Assembly (NCBI GenBank): GCA_043228905.1
Contig: JBHGNT010000013.1
Location: forward strand, 14,570,001-14,634,000
Origin: Azolla caroliniana
Taxonomy: Eukaryota; Plantae; Polypodiophyta
Length of the DNA stretch: 64,000 nt
Direction: 5' to 3'
Position 1 is the stretch's first letter, and every line of letters begins with the position of its first letter. The position numbers and the translations under genes are program-made. This document shows positions 10,761 through 23,787 of the stretch, in pieces. The notes under the pieces are model-generated. The model worked only from the letters and a program-made list of their open reading frames with translations, had not been told where the DNA came from and ran no database searches.

Positions 10761-13700
10761 TGTGGTATTACCACAGATCCTAACCTTTGCCCCAACTCAC
10801 GACCCCAACAACACATGCCACGATGCAACACGACAACAACGCAAACTCCATGAATCCAAAATTCCTACAACAACAAACTCAAGAACATTAGCCCACATCG
10901 CCAATCAACCAACTGGTTCGGGCCCTATCCAACATTATTTTACAAGTTAACCATACTAACCAAGCCAGGATGTCATTCCTCTCAGCAAGATCCGAGCCAC
11001 AACAAAATCTCCCGGACCCTCGAGTTCACCCAAAACCATTCTCCGGTCTACCATCGGAAGACGTCCTCTCTTGGCTGGATCATTTCGAAATGGTGGCTAG
11101 TTACCACCAGTGGCCACACCCCTCGAAGGCAATGGAAATGAAGACACTCCTCGAGAATATCACAACAACATGGCTCGTACAACAACTCGAGGAGAAATGC
11201 AACGACTGGGATCTGTTATAGGCAGCCATGATTCGGAATTTTGCTCATCAAGACTCCCGTCAAACGGCCCTACAACAACTCGAGTCAATCGCCTAGCAGC
11301 CATGTGAACCCATCACTAGTTCGCAGTTCGGTTTGTGCAGATCTTACATCGGGCTGACACCAACATGTCGGAAGACATGAAGTTGTTTTTCTTTTGGTCG
11401 CGTATCCAGAACGACCTCTGCCGCCGTGTATGCGATCAAGGCCCAGAGACACTAGACGAAGCCATCCTCACCGCCCAACGCATTGAAGCTGCAGATGCAC
11501 ACAACCTGCACAGACCAGGTAATGTCAGTCATGATCATACAAACACTACGCCAACCACCACTCCGATGGACATCAACGTCCAGAATGCGCAGTTACGCTC
11601 CAAGCGTGCATTGCCCGAACGAAATAGCCCTGGACGCCCCAAATGTTTCTACTGCAACAACTATGGCCACATTTGGCGTCAATGCCGAAAGTGGCAAAAT
11701 CAACAATAGAAGCAGAACGTCCAATTAGCCGACGTTGCCTCCCTCTCTGAGCTTTCGGAAAACTAATGCGCGGGGTGCCGCAGCAAGAGCCACCCCCGCA
11801 CGTCCACACCTCCACGTCATCAACTTCTCTCATTTGTACCACGATCGCCGGCCTCCAACACACGACCCAAGAAGTTCTCCTCGACTCCAGCAACAACATC
11901 TCTTCCATCAACGCATATTTAGTCGCCCAATTGCAACTTCCCATGAGCCACACACCACACACCACACATTAAAATCCTCTTAGGTGACCAACAACGGTTG
12001 TACCACTCACATACGCAAGTCATGTGCATGGTCACCATCAGTTCCGCCCTGATCCAACATCGTTTCTACGTCCTCCCGCGCCAATTGTTCCCAATCACCC
12101 TGGGTTGCGATTGGTTCCTCTATAGTCGAGCTTTTCTCGATTTCTGCTCACAACAGCTCGTCCTCCCCAATCACCTTCCGATCACGCTCTTCACTAATTT
12201 GCGAGATACCACCCAAATAAGCAACACACAGTACCTAGTATTACCGACAGAGTGCATCCATGACATCCGACGGCTCCTAGCCACCTTTCCCTCGCTGTCT
12301 ACACCACCTGCAAAGCCTCCCTCGGTCCGCTTTCCGATCCACCACACGATTCCTACAGGCAACGCCTGCCCCATTAGCGTAGCTCCCCGACGTCACTCCC
12401 CTCTCGACCACGAGCGCATTGACAACGCCGTCAAAACTATGCTGCAACAGGGGATTATCACACCTTCCAAGAGCGAGTGGATCTCGGAGCCACACATGGT
12501 AAAAAAAGGGGACGACTCTTACCGTTTTTGTGTCGACTTCCGACAATTGAATTATGTCACCACCCATGACTGATATCCTCTCCCTCATATCGACGACCTC
12601 CTCGACCAACTCGGCAAATCAAAGTACTTCTCCTCCCTCGATCTGGCCTCGGGATATTGGCAGATCCCTACGAATCCTGAAGATGCCCACAAAACTGCAT
12701 TCCGCACTAGGAAAGGTATTTTTTAGTTCACATGGATGCCCTTCGGCCTATCCGACGCTGGGAGCACATTCTAGCGAATGGCTAATGCCATCTTCGACGA
12801 TCTCATCACCTGCTGCGTCATCATCGTCTATCTAGATGATATTCTGATACATACAAGCACCTGGGCGGAACACCTCCGAGTCCTTCAGGAGGTCCTAACT
12901 TGTGTTCAACGCTATCGATTGTAGCTGCAATGGAAGAAGTGTCGTTGGGGTAGTACGAGCCTCCGCTTCCTCTGGTACGTCATCTCCTCCGACGGAATAC
13001 AGATGGACCCTCCAAAAATTCCCACGCCTCACCACAATCAAGTAGCTTCAACGCTTCCTTAGCCTCCTCATGTTCTCTCTCCGCTTCATCCCACGACTAG
13101 CGGACCTGTCAGCCCCACTACGCGCGCTCCTGCAAAAAGATGCACCCTTCCTATGGACCGACGCCTACGAGCCCAGCTTCCTACAGCTCAAGCGAATGCT
13201 CGAAGCCTCTGACCTCTTGGCAAACCCTGATTTCACGAAGCCTTTCCATCTGCAGACGGATGCCTCCAATCTCGGCGTTGGCGCGGTCCTACTCCAATCC
13301 AACGACAACAACCAACTACACCTGATTGCCTACATAAGTCGGTCACTTACCAACGCCGAACAAAATTACTCGACAACCGAAAAAGAGTTGCTCGCCATCG
13401 TCAGGGCATTCCATCGTTTCCACCCGTACCTACACGGATCAAACACATCGGTAGAAACCGACCATCAGCCATTTCTCTCCCTCATAAAGAAGGCTCACCC
13501 ACCCGGTCGCTTACTCCGTTGGGCTTTGGCGCTGTAGGATTACACATTCACTTTGCACTATCACCGCGGTCCCCAGAACATCGTCGCCGATGGATTATCC
13601 CACATATCCTTTCAGGCGAACCAAATCGCCTCCGGCACAATCGATTTCCCCGTATCCTCGTCCCAAATGGCCAACATGCAACAACGCGACAAAAATATTC

Positions 13701-15140
13701 AAGACAACTGCCACCGCCTACGAGCCGAGCCCACATCATCCCTCACCAAGCAATTCATGATCCAGGATAATGTCCTGCTTTTTTGCCAAGTAGGCAAGGG
13801 ACCCCGGGTCTATGTGCTTGAGCAATTGCGCCTGTCTTACCTTCGTTTTTTCCACAATCACCCGTTGTCCGACCACTTGGGTTTTCACAAGGTGCTAGAC
13901 AAAATCCATTGCAAATTCTATTGGCCGGGGCTACGCCACAAGGTTGCCTCCTACATCAAAGCATGCAACTCATGTCAGGCCATCAAATCACTTCAAGTGG
14001 CTCAAGGCCTCTTACATCTGATATAGGTTCAAGCTCCATTTGAAATCGTCGGATGGGACATTCTGGGCCGCTTTCCCGAGTCACAAGAAGGGAACAAATT
14101 CATCCTCATCATAACCGAGTACTTGACACGTTGGGCTGAGACGACCGCTATCCCAGATGCGAAGGCTACAACCATGGCCACCAAACTGTTGGAGAAAATC
14201 ATCTTCCCCCACGATTGCCCACTCCAAATCTTGTCCGATCGGGGACCCTAGTTCAACAGCGAGCTCCTACGTCTCGTTTCTACACAATTAGGAATCCAAC
14301 AATTATTCACGTCACCCTACCATCCACAGACGAATGGATTGACGGAGCGCCTCAACCGAACCTGAAAACAACAAATCTCGTCCTACATCGATCCGCTGCA
14401 CTTGACCTGGGACCGGATCTTGCCCTTCGTCACACACACCTACAACAAAGTTGTGCAAGTCTCCACCCGCATTAGCTCCTTCCGGGCCGTTTACGGCAGG
14501 GACCCGCGCTTACCCCCAAGAAGTGGCAGTCCCGCAACCAACTACACCACTCCACTCTAACTTAGTGTCCTAGTGGTCCCACCTGCAACAACTCCAGCCC
14601 CTCCTCTACAAAGCCATCACGAGCAACCTGCACCAAGCACAGCTACGCCAAAAACGCCAACACGACGCAGGATGCGCTGACCATCAATACCACATCTGTG
14701 ACAAATTCCTCGTCTATTTCCCCATTGGTCGTCGTGGCTTGAGCGAGTCGTTCATGCACAGATGGATCGGTCCCTTCGAAGTTCAAAAGCAGATATGCAA
14801 CACTACATACCTGCTCCGTCGCGCCTCCAACAACTACTCTACCTTCGCCCACCAGTCTCGCATGAAGCCCTTCCATCAAGTACCACCATCCATGCCCACG
14901 CCTAGTGCGCCCATGCCATCCCTCGGCCCAGAACCACCGTCCACGCCCCGCCGCACTCCGACCGCACAATAACTTTTTTTTTACAAGGGGGAATTGTGGT
15001 ATTACCACGGATCCTAACCAAGGACCCACCTAACCAGGGTCACATTGACCACACCAAATTAGGCCCCTACCAAGCCCCCATAATTAGAAGAGCTAATTGG
15101 AGCGGGAAAACACCGATCACGGTAAGAGTAGCCTATAAGA
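10761..15140 (+). mobile_element. Decayed Ty3/Gypsy element with nearly deleted 5' LTR
   Basis: TGTGGTATTACCAC(A/G)GATCCTAACC occurs at 10761 and 14996, the latter after PPT AAGGGGGAAT. It has gag with CFYCNNYGHIWRQC, protease remnant LLDSS, RT (RFCVDFR, VYLDD), RH (QTDAS, TDH), integrase (HNH..H..CNSC, PQTNGLTERLNR) and a GPF motif, in Gypsy order. Confidence 0.92.
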
Positions 15141-15185
15141 TGTCCTAAGAGTAGCCTATAAGATGTAACTTAGAACGTAATGGAA

Positions 15186-15459
15186 ACGGAACATATACAT
15201 AAACTAATGTCTGATTGGATATCTTCTGGATCCATTCGGTTGGGTTCTTTCCTTCAGCTCGTCCGATTCTCATCTGGATTCCATCCGGAGGGACTGAATT
15301 CCCAACAAACTCCCCCTTCACTCTGGCATGGGATGTCTTGTCAATCCTATCTAATTCCACCACGTGTCCAACTTGTTGGCTGACAATACCTTGATAGGCG
15401 TGTCCGATCCGTTCTCCTCCGTATGGATCTTTGTCAGTGAAAACTCTTTATCTTCTACC
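15186..15459 (-). mobile_element. RNase H end, PPT and truncated 3' LTR of Tork-like Copia element A
   Basis: The minus strand encodes FSLTKIHTEENGSD, then GAGTGAAGGGGGAGTT|TGTTGGG. The LTR start matches the LTR at ~26140-26270. Confidence 0.8.
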
Positions 15460-15750
15460 TGTAAAGAATATGCGGAATAATGCTTGGCCACAACCGAGTC
15501 TTCGATCACTTAGTTGAGAATTACAATCATAGAAATGGGAATGTAGAGATAAATACACGTATACACAAAAAACTGAAAAAAGAGAGTACACAGTATGTTT
15601 TCGTGGAAAACCCTAAATGGGAAAAACCACGGGAGTCTACAAACTCCAACTATCACTATGTAAGGAGAATACAACAAAGGAACACAGAGGCCACAACCTC
15701 TTGCTCTCAATCTTTTCCTGACGGCAGTTACAACAGAGACACACTCTGTA

Positions 15751-15794
<44 letters not shown>

Positions 15795-17735
15795 ACGCTC
15801 TGTACAGTAGTTATGCCAATAACTCTATGCATCATCATCATACTCTATTTGCCCTAGGTCATATTTATACTAATATGACTTTTGGGCTATTTACAAATAT
15901 AGCCACAAGGGGCTTACAGAGACATATTTATATATATGTCCCTTCATTCAGTGAGAGGTTCTCACTGGGCCTGCATCATCCGGTTCTCACCGGGCCTTCA
16001 TTATCCCATCCGGAGGGACCGAAATCCTAACAAACTCCCCCTTCACTCCGGCATGGGATGTCTGGTTAGTCCAATTTGCTTCCGGCATGCGTCCAACTTG
16101 TCGGGCGTCAGCACCTTAGTTAGCATATCTGACCCATTCTCCTCCGTGTGGATCTTTGTCAGCACGAACTCTCGATCTTCCACTCGCTCCCGGGTCCTGT
16201 GGTACCTCTACTGGATGTGCTTTGTCCTGGAATGATACGTCGCGTTCTTCGCAAGGTGGATGGTACTTTGACTGTCACAATAGAGTCGATATTCCTCTTG
16301 TCGGATCCCTAGCTCTTTGATGAAGTCCTTCATCCATAGTATTTCCTTGTCGGCTTCCACAACCGCCATGTACACCGCCTCCGTGGTTGACAACGCTGTC
16401 GTAGTGTAGGTTGCACACTATGTGGAAATTATATTTTTATCCCTCCGGATAGAGAATGGAGTGCTCGGTGAGAACCGGAAGAAAACGGCATACCGGCAAG
16501 GAGGAAAACGGCATACCGGCAAGGAAGAGCCGGATAAAGAGACATAAATGTAAAAAAGAAGGAAATACTCACTACTGCGCAAGGCGTGATTCAAACTCTG
16601 CACCTCCACGTTGACAAACCTCAACCTTACCATTACATTAACTTATCTTAAGTGTTTTAAATATAGATTTAATACGTATAAGACCTTTATTTATGCATAC
16701 CTTTATTAAAAGGTAAATCGTGTATTTTTTTAATATATGAAAAAGAAAAAACACGAGACACTAAAAATAACTCATGCACATCTAGCGTGCATGAGCCCTA
16801 TACTTAGGAAATAAAAAAGCATCACATGCACATTTAGTGGACATGAACACATTTTGTAAAAAAAAAGCATGAAGCCATGCTTAGCTCTTCTTTCCTTATA
16901 TAAGGAGGAGAGAAATATGTAAAGGGTTGTTGATTTTTTTTTGATTAAGAATTAATCAATACAAAAAAAATATTCGTGGAATTCACGATTTATACATCTA
17001 CTTCTCTCTTAACACCCTAAGTACCAATTAATATAGTATACTCGTGTGATTCACGAGTTTCTTATCTTTCTCTTTGCTATTTACTCATAATTAATCTCTA
17101 TCTCACGAACTTCTTTCTCCTAGTCCAAGACCTCTGTGGTTCCCACCCGACTCACGCAACGATCCGGAGCCGAAAGGCACGACAACGCAACCGTCTTCTG
17201 CAACCTCGACTGCCACGAAACAGCTCCCCCTGCATATGTCATAACATATCTCGATGTTGATCGGCTGGTATCCGCATCAACCGAGATATCTGAATCGGTG
17301 AAACCGTCAAGTTGGGGTTTACCGAAGCCGAATCAAAGACACATACTTGAGGTGCCTTTCAAGTACCGAAGTATCCATTTTACCGCATTCCAGTGCTCCT
17401 TGCCGGGATTGCTCATAAACCGGCTCACCACTCCGACTGCGTATCCGATATCTGGTCGGGTACACACCATTGTGTACATTAAGCTCCCGACGGAAGAGGC
17501 ATATGGTATCTTCATCATATTCACCTTCTCTGCCTTCGTCTTCGGGCTTTGCTTACCGGATAACCTGCAGTTTGTCGGGAGTGTCGATCTAACCGGTTTA
17601 GCATCTGACATGTTGAACCGCTGCAGCACCTTTGTCACGTATTTCTCCTGTGACAGCCACAATTGCTTCTTTGACCGGTCCCGGATGATATGCATCCCTA
17701 GTATCTGTCTCGCTGAACCCAAGTCTTTCATTGAG
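15460..17735 (-). mobile_element. 3' part (RT end, RH, PPT, 3' LTR 15460-16032) of Tork-like Copia element B
   Basis: It encodes MKDLGSARQILGM, IPYASSVGSLMYTMVCTRPDI and STTEAVY..CDSQS..HSRTKHI. PPT is GGAGTGAAGGGGGAGTT. The LTR is homologous to 1-745. Confidence 0.9.
16397..17184 (+). mobile_element. Solo LTR-like insertion, TGTCGT...ACGACA, TSD ACGC
   Basis: Removing it and one ACGC restores the host RH codons QKTVALSTT. It has an internal TATATAAGGAGGAG box. Confidence 0.85.
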
Positions 17736-18076
17736 GGTATCTTCGTCCTTGGTTTTCGACCATTGGTTGCTCCGTTTGTTCTTCATCCGAATCTGATTTG
17801 GGGTCTTGTCTGGTTCCGGTGTCTGATTCTTCTTCGGTCGGTTCGGTTCTTTGTCTGAATCTGACCAGTTCATCATGGTCTTCAGTTGACATTCGGCTTC
17901 CGACAGGATGTATCCTTGCATCTTCCAACCGATCCGGTCGGTCGACCCGGAGTCCACTATTTTCTTCTCCGATTCCCAATCAGCAATGGTCTTGTCTTCC
18001 ATGAAGACCATGTCTTGACTCCGGAAGACCTTCTTGTCGACCAAGTCCCACACCCGGTAACCGGACTCATCATTGC

Positions 18077-21000
18077 TGTTGAGAGACAAGCTCAACATCG
18101 GCCGGATCGGCTGAAGAAGCCGAGGATCGGATCAGTTGGGACCAATTGGTTAGGCCGAGTACGTAAACCGGGAGGCCGTTAGGAGAGATATTCCATGAGG
18201 AATATGTTTGGGAGTTAGTGTAGTAGCTCTTAATGAGCATTGAAGTACTGTCAGTACTTCTGTCAGTCCTTCTAGGACTTGTATAAAAGTGTTCATTGAA
18301 CACACATATGTATAGTGTGGTGAATAGAGTATTGAATATACTTCTTGTCTTTTTTTCTCTCTCTCTCACTCTCTCTGTCTCTCCCGCGTATACCGTGTAA
18401 GCTCAAGCTCTCCATTAAACCTGAGTCTTCATCCTTCTGTTCGGTCTTCATACTTGCTTCCGCACGCTACTTTTTACATGGTATCAGAGCGCGAGGGTTG
18501 AGAACCTCTCTGCAGCCGACACAACTTGACGAAGAAGAACAAGGAGAACGATGGATAGAGGCATGGCGAGCTCGCTTCCAACAGAGAAGCTCGATAGAAC
18601 CAACTATGCGTCTTGGTCCTACAAGATGCACCAGTACCTGCTCAGGCACGACTACTGGAGTTATGTCGAAGGAGCTAATGACGCGGCACCCGAATCGACA
18701 CACAGAGACTTCCCGTCGTGGGAGCAATCGGCGAGCAGGGTATTATACTGCTTCGCGTCGTGTGTGGGCGAATAACTATTGAGCTATGTTCGGGATGCAA
18801 AGACGCCGAAGGGGGTGTGGGAAAATCTGAAGAAGATTTTCGCCGCGAGCACCACAGACAGGAAGCTTCAGCTGTGATAGGAGTTAAGCAACCTACGACA
18901 ACGCGACTTGCCGGTGGCAGACTATACCTCGAAGATCAAGGATATCTGTGACTCCCTTGCCTCCATAGAGGTTAACATCGAGGAGAGCGAGATGGTCCAG
19001 ATATGTCTCGGAGGTTTGGTGTCGAAGTTCAGAGCGTTCCGAACGGCTGTGTGTACCTGGGAGAATACATCGTCCTTTTTCGACTTACAGTCAATGCTCC
19101 TGGTAGAGGAGAACCACGCGGGTGCGTCTACAAGCACGCACACCGACAACATAATGTTGTACACGGAGGGAGATAGGCCCCGTGGACGTGGAGGACGAGG
19201 CGAGTCGGTGCGCAATGGAGGCGGCCGACGAGATCAAGGAAGAAGGCACCGAAGTGATGCCGACAGCAACTCCGGACCCTCCGAAAACAGGGGTAGTCGA
19301 AGCGATGAGAACCGGCAAGGGAAGGCCATCGCGGAGTGCTGGTACTGTGGCAAGAAAGGCCACAGGGAAAGTGAGTGCTGGAAGAAGCGCGCCGATTCGG
19401 AGAGAACAAGTTCCGGAAACGGCTCCGGACATACCGACAAGGGAAATCGGCAACGATCGCTCTACGCCGAAGACTCTGGGAGAGCCGGAGAAGGGTCTAC
19501 TTTCGTGACGAGACACGAAGCAAACTCAATGAAACGGACCACCCTGAGATCGGACGAGGTGTGGTACGTAGACTCCGGCGCGTCAAACCACATGACGAGC
19601 CATAAGGAGTGGTTCTCGTACCTTGAAAAACCGATACAACCGTGAGTAGTCGCAACTGGAGACGACACTCCGCATCCGATCGCGAATATCGGAGAAGTTC
19701 CCCTTAGCCATGTCGGGCAGAAAGGGAAACTCATGAACGTGCTGCACGTTCCGACAATCACGAAGAACTTGGTCTCGGTTGGACAGATCGTCGACCAAGG
19801 GATGGAGGTTCGGTTTACACACCTAGGGTGCTTCATTGAGGAAGAAGGCAGTGTGATTGCGCAAGGGCGCAGAGACGGGAGGATGTTCATCCTCGACTCC
19901 ACTGACGGCGGCACCACAATGTTCGCGAAGGGACAAATATCCGAGTCGGACATCGACTTGTGGCACAAGCGGATAGGCCACGTCAACTACCAGCGGCTTC
20001 AAGATCTGCAATCGAAACAGGTAGTGTTCGGATTGCCCAAATTTAGTGGCCGAAAGGCACAAATTTGTGAAGCCTGCCAGCTCGGGAAGCAACACCGACT
20101 TCCTTTCCTCAACGAGCGAAACCGGACCCGGAACAAGCTCGACCTTATACACTCCGATGTATGGGGGCCGACACAAAACGTTAGTCTTGGTGGGAGTCGA
20201 TATTTCGTCTACTTCATCGACGACCACACGCGGCACACGTGGATCTACCTCATTGAGAGGAAGAGCGAAGTCTTCGACTGTTTCCGAGACCTCAAAGGGT
20301 TCGTGGAAACGGAAACGGGACGAAAGATCAAGTGCCTGCGGTCGGATGCCGGGAAAGAGTACTTTTCTAGTCAATTCAACGGATATCTACAACAAATGGG
20401 AATTCGGCGCGAATTCAGTTGTAGATACACGCCGGAGCAGAACGACGTGGCCGAGAGGAAGAATCGGTCAGTTGTGGAAGCGGCACGGGCAATGTTGGAG
20501 GAGAAGAGCTTGCCCAAGTTCTACTGGGCTGAGGCGGTGAGGACCGCGGTATACATTCAGAACCGGATCGGAGACAACGTGTCGGCGCACGAGCTATATT
20601 TCGGAACGAAGCCGAACTTGCGACACTTGAGGGTGTTCGGTAGCATTGCGTATGTGCATGTACCGAAGGAGAAAAGGAGGAAACTGGACGCAAAGACCGA
20701 GAAATGCAGCTTGGTCGACTACTCGAACGAGCAGAAAGGTTATAAGTGCTATAACCCTCGCACCAAACAAGCGCGTGTTAGCCGCGACGTTGTGTTTGAC
20801 GAGTCCGCATCCTGGTACCAGCCCCCGACTCCGAACCCCGACTCCAATCCGAGTTCTGACGATGAGGTCACTGAGGCCGAGATGCCTCCGGATGAGCCCG
20901 AAATCGAGACCCGCGAAGAGAGTCCGATTTCACTCCGTTTAAGTGGACCGATTGGACGACTGAGTCGGTACGATCAGTCCGATGAAGAGCCGGCGAGTAG

Positions 21001-23787
21001 TGGAGACTCGGCTGTGCATTCCCAGCGCAAGAAGCCCAGGAGACGGCTTACGCGCAAAGAGAAAGGGAAGAAGAAGGTGTCGGATTCCGGCACGGATAGG
21101 AACGAGTCAGACCGACGCGAGTCCGACTCCGAGGGAACCGGTGACGGGTCTTTAAAGGTAAAGTCCGCGTCGACCGAGAAGGCCTCGACATCGGCTAATG
21201 TGAGATTACGCCGATCTACCCGCCAGAAGAATCCTGTTTTGCGGTTCGGATACAACGAGTACATGGCGCATCATTATGCGTACATGACCCGTGTAGCGGA
21301 AGTGCGTGAGCCGGAGAGCTACGCAGAAGCGGCTAAAGACGCGAATTGGCGTGCCGCGATGGAGGAAGAGATGCACGCATTGGCGGAGAACGAGACCTGG
21401 GACCTGGTTGACGCACCGAGAGGGGTAAAACCGATCGGGTGTAGGTGGGTGTACAAAGTCAAGTACAACACCGATGGCTTGGTCAACCGGTACAAGGCTC
21501 GGCTAGTGGCAAAGGGCTATGCGCAGAAACACGGCATCGACTACGATGAGACGTTTGCGCCTGTTGCGAAAATGACGACCATCCGTGTTTTGCTCGCGGT
21601 AGCTGCGGTGAAGGGGTGGCACTTACATCAGATGGATGTAAAGAATGCGTTCTTGCAAGGTGACCTTGAGGAACAGGTGTACATGGTACAACCCCCCGGA
21701 TTTCACTCTGGAACGAACTCCTCGGTAGTATGCCGACCGAAGAAGTCCCTTTACGGACTGAAGCAAGCCCCGCGTGCCTGGAATGCGAAGATCACGCAAC
21801 AACTGCATCGGATGGGCTTCGTCACGTCAAAATCGTACTCTTCCCTGTTCATCCAGAAAGGTCGACTCGGACCGGTTAGTATTTTACTATATGTTGATGA
21901 CTTGGTCATCACCGGCGCCGACCTAGGTGAAATCGACCGCGTGAAGCTCCAGCTTGCGGCATTGTTCGACATGAAGGATCTGGGGGACCTTCATTACTTC
22001 CTCGGGATCGAAGTGATCCGTACCCCCGAAGGCATATTGATCAGCCAACATCACTACGTGCTGAGTATGCTCTTCAAATTCAGGATGGCCGACTGTAAGT
22101 TAGTCTTGACTCCTTAGGACAGAACCATCAAGCTTCGTCTCGATACGGGAAAGGTATGCGACCCGACGAGGTTCCGACAAATTGTCGGAAGCCTCATATA
22201 CTTGACCATCACCCGACCCGACCTCAGTTATCCGGTCGGAGTGATCAGTCAGTTCATGGCGCGACCTACTGAGGAGCACCTTCAGTGTGCACAACGCATA
22301 CTTCAGTATGTCAACGACACTAAGGACCGGGGACTGCTATATCGGACCGGTGCAGCCGCGTAGTTAGTCGGTTACATCGATGCTGATTGGGCTGGCTACG
22401 CCGCCGATCGCCGATCCACGTCTGGATATGCGTTCTCCCTCGGGAGTGCCACGATCGCGTGGAGCAGTAAGAAGCAGCCGACGGTTGCACTGTCGAGCAC
22501 CGAAGCCGAGTATAGAGGAGCGGTTGTCGCGACATGCGAAGCCATATGGTTGAAGCGGCTACGTAAGGACCTGCAAGAGGAGGTGTCAGACCCGACGACG
22601 ATCTACTGCGACAACCTCAGCAGCATCCAGCTCGCGAAAAACCCCGTTTTCCACGCACGGACCAAGCACATTGAGGTGCACTACCATTTCGTCCGTGAGC
22701 GTGTCCTTTCCGGTGAAGTCGAACTTCAGTACGTTCTGACGGATCGGAAGACTGCCGACATCTTCACCAAGCCTCTTGGTCTGGACAAGTTGCAACAATT
22801 CTCAGGTGCGCTCGGATTGCGTCACCTCGACGTGCCAAACTTGAGGGGGAGAACAGTCCCGAACGACCAAGCAAGGCAGCAGGAAAGGAGCGGAGACCGC
22901 GACACCACCGAGTCAACCGACTCGGTTGTCGAGTTCAACTTCGGATCGGCTGAAGAAGCCGAGGGCGGACCCGCCGAAAGGTCCGAAAGCAAACAGAAGG
23001 GGAGCAGTCGAAGGAGAGAGCCGAAGCCAACCACGCATGGGGAAGATGACGCCACCAAGGGCGAGAAGACTGAAGACGAGTTGGAGATAGCCAACTCGGA
23101 CGGGAGCGAAAACCGATCGGAGGTAGCTGAGTCGGTTCAGATGTTTGATTCAGATACGTTGAATCAACCGAGGCCCAAGCGGAAGAAAAGGCAGCAGGAG
23201 AAGCGTCAACACCGCAACAACAGAAGAGCTGATAAGGGCCACATGAGCAGACAAGCCGACTGGAAGGGTCGAAGCGCGCGGAGTCGAACGGGTCATGCAG
23301 CACGAGCGAGGCGTGAAGCCAGGAGGAACCGGAGCTGTGAGCCTGAAGATCCCAAAGAGCCTCAATTTGAGCTTGAGGGGGAGTGTTGAGAGACAAACTC
23401 AACATCGGCCGGATTGGCTGAAGAAGCTGAGGACCGAATCAGTTGGGACCAATCGGTTAGGCCGAGTACGTAAACCGGGAGGCCGTTAGGAAAGATATTT
23501 CGGGAGGAATATGTTTGGGAGTTAGTGTAGGAGCTCTTAATGAGCATTGAAGTACTGTCAGTACTTTTGTCAGTCCTTCTAGGACTTGTATAAAAGTGTT
23601 CATTGAACACACATATGTATATTGTGGTGAATAGAGTATTGAATATACTTCTTGTCTTTTTTTCTCTCTCTCTCTCACTCTCTCTATCTCTCCCGCGTAT
23701 ACCGTGTAAGCTCAAGCTCTCCATTAAACCTGAGTCTACATCCTTCTGTTCGGTCTTCATACTTGCTTCCGCACGCTACTTTTTACA
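18077..23787 (+). mobile_element. Full-length Ty1/Copia LTR retrotransposon (same family as 5370-10717)
   Basis: LTRs are 18077-18478 and 23384-23787. TSD is ATTGC. PBS TGGTATCAGAGC is at 18479 and PPT TTGAGGGGGAG precedes the 3' LTR. Confidence 0.97.
18551..23389 (+). pseudogene. Copia gag-pol interrupted only by in-frame stops
   Basis: ORFs 18551, 18908, 19733 and 22550 are all in one frame. Motifs: [57 protein letters not shown]. Confidence 0.95.
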
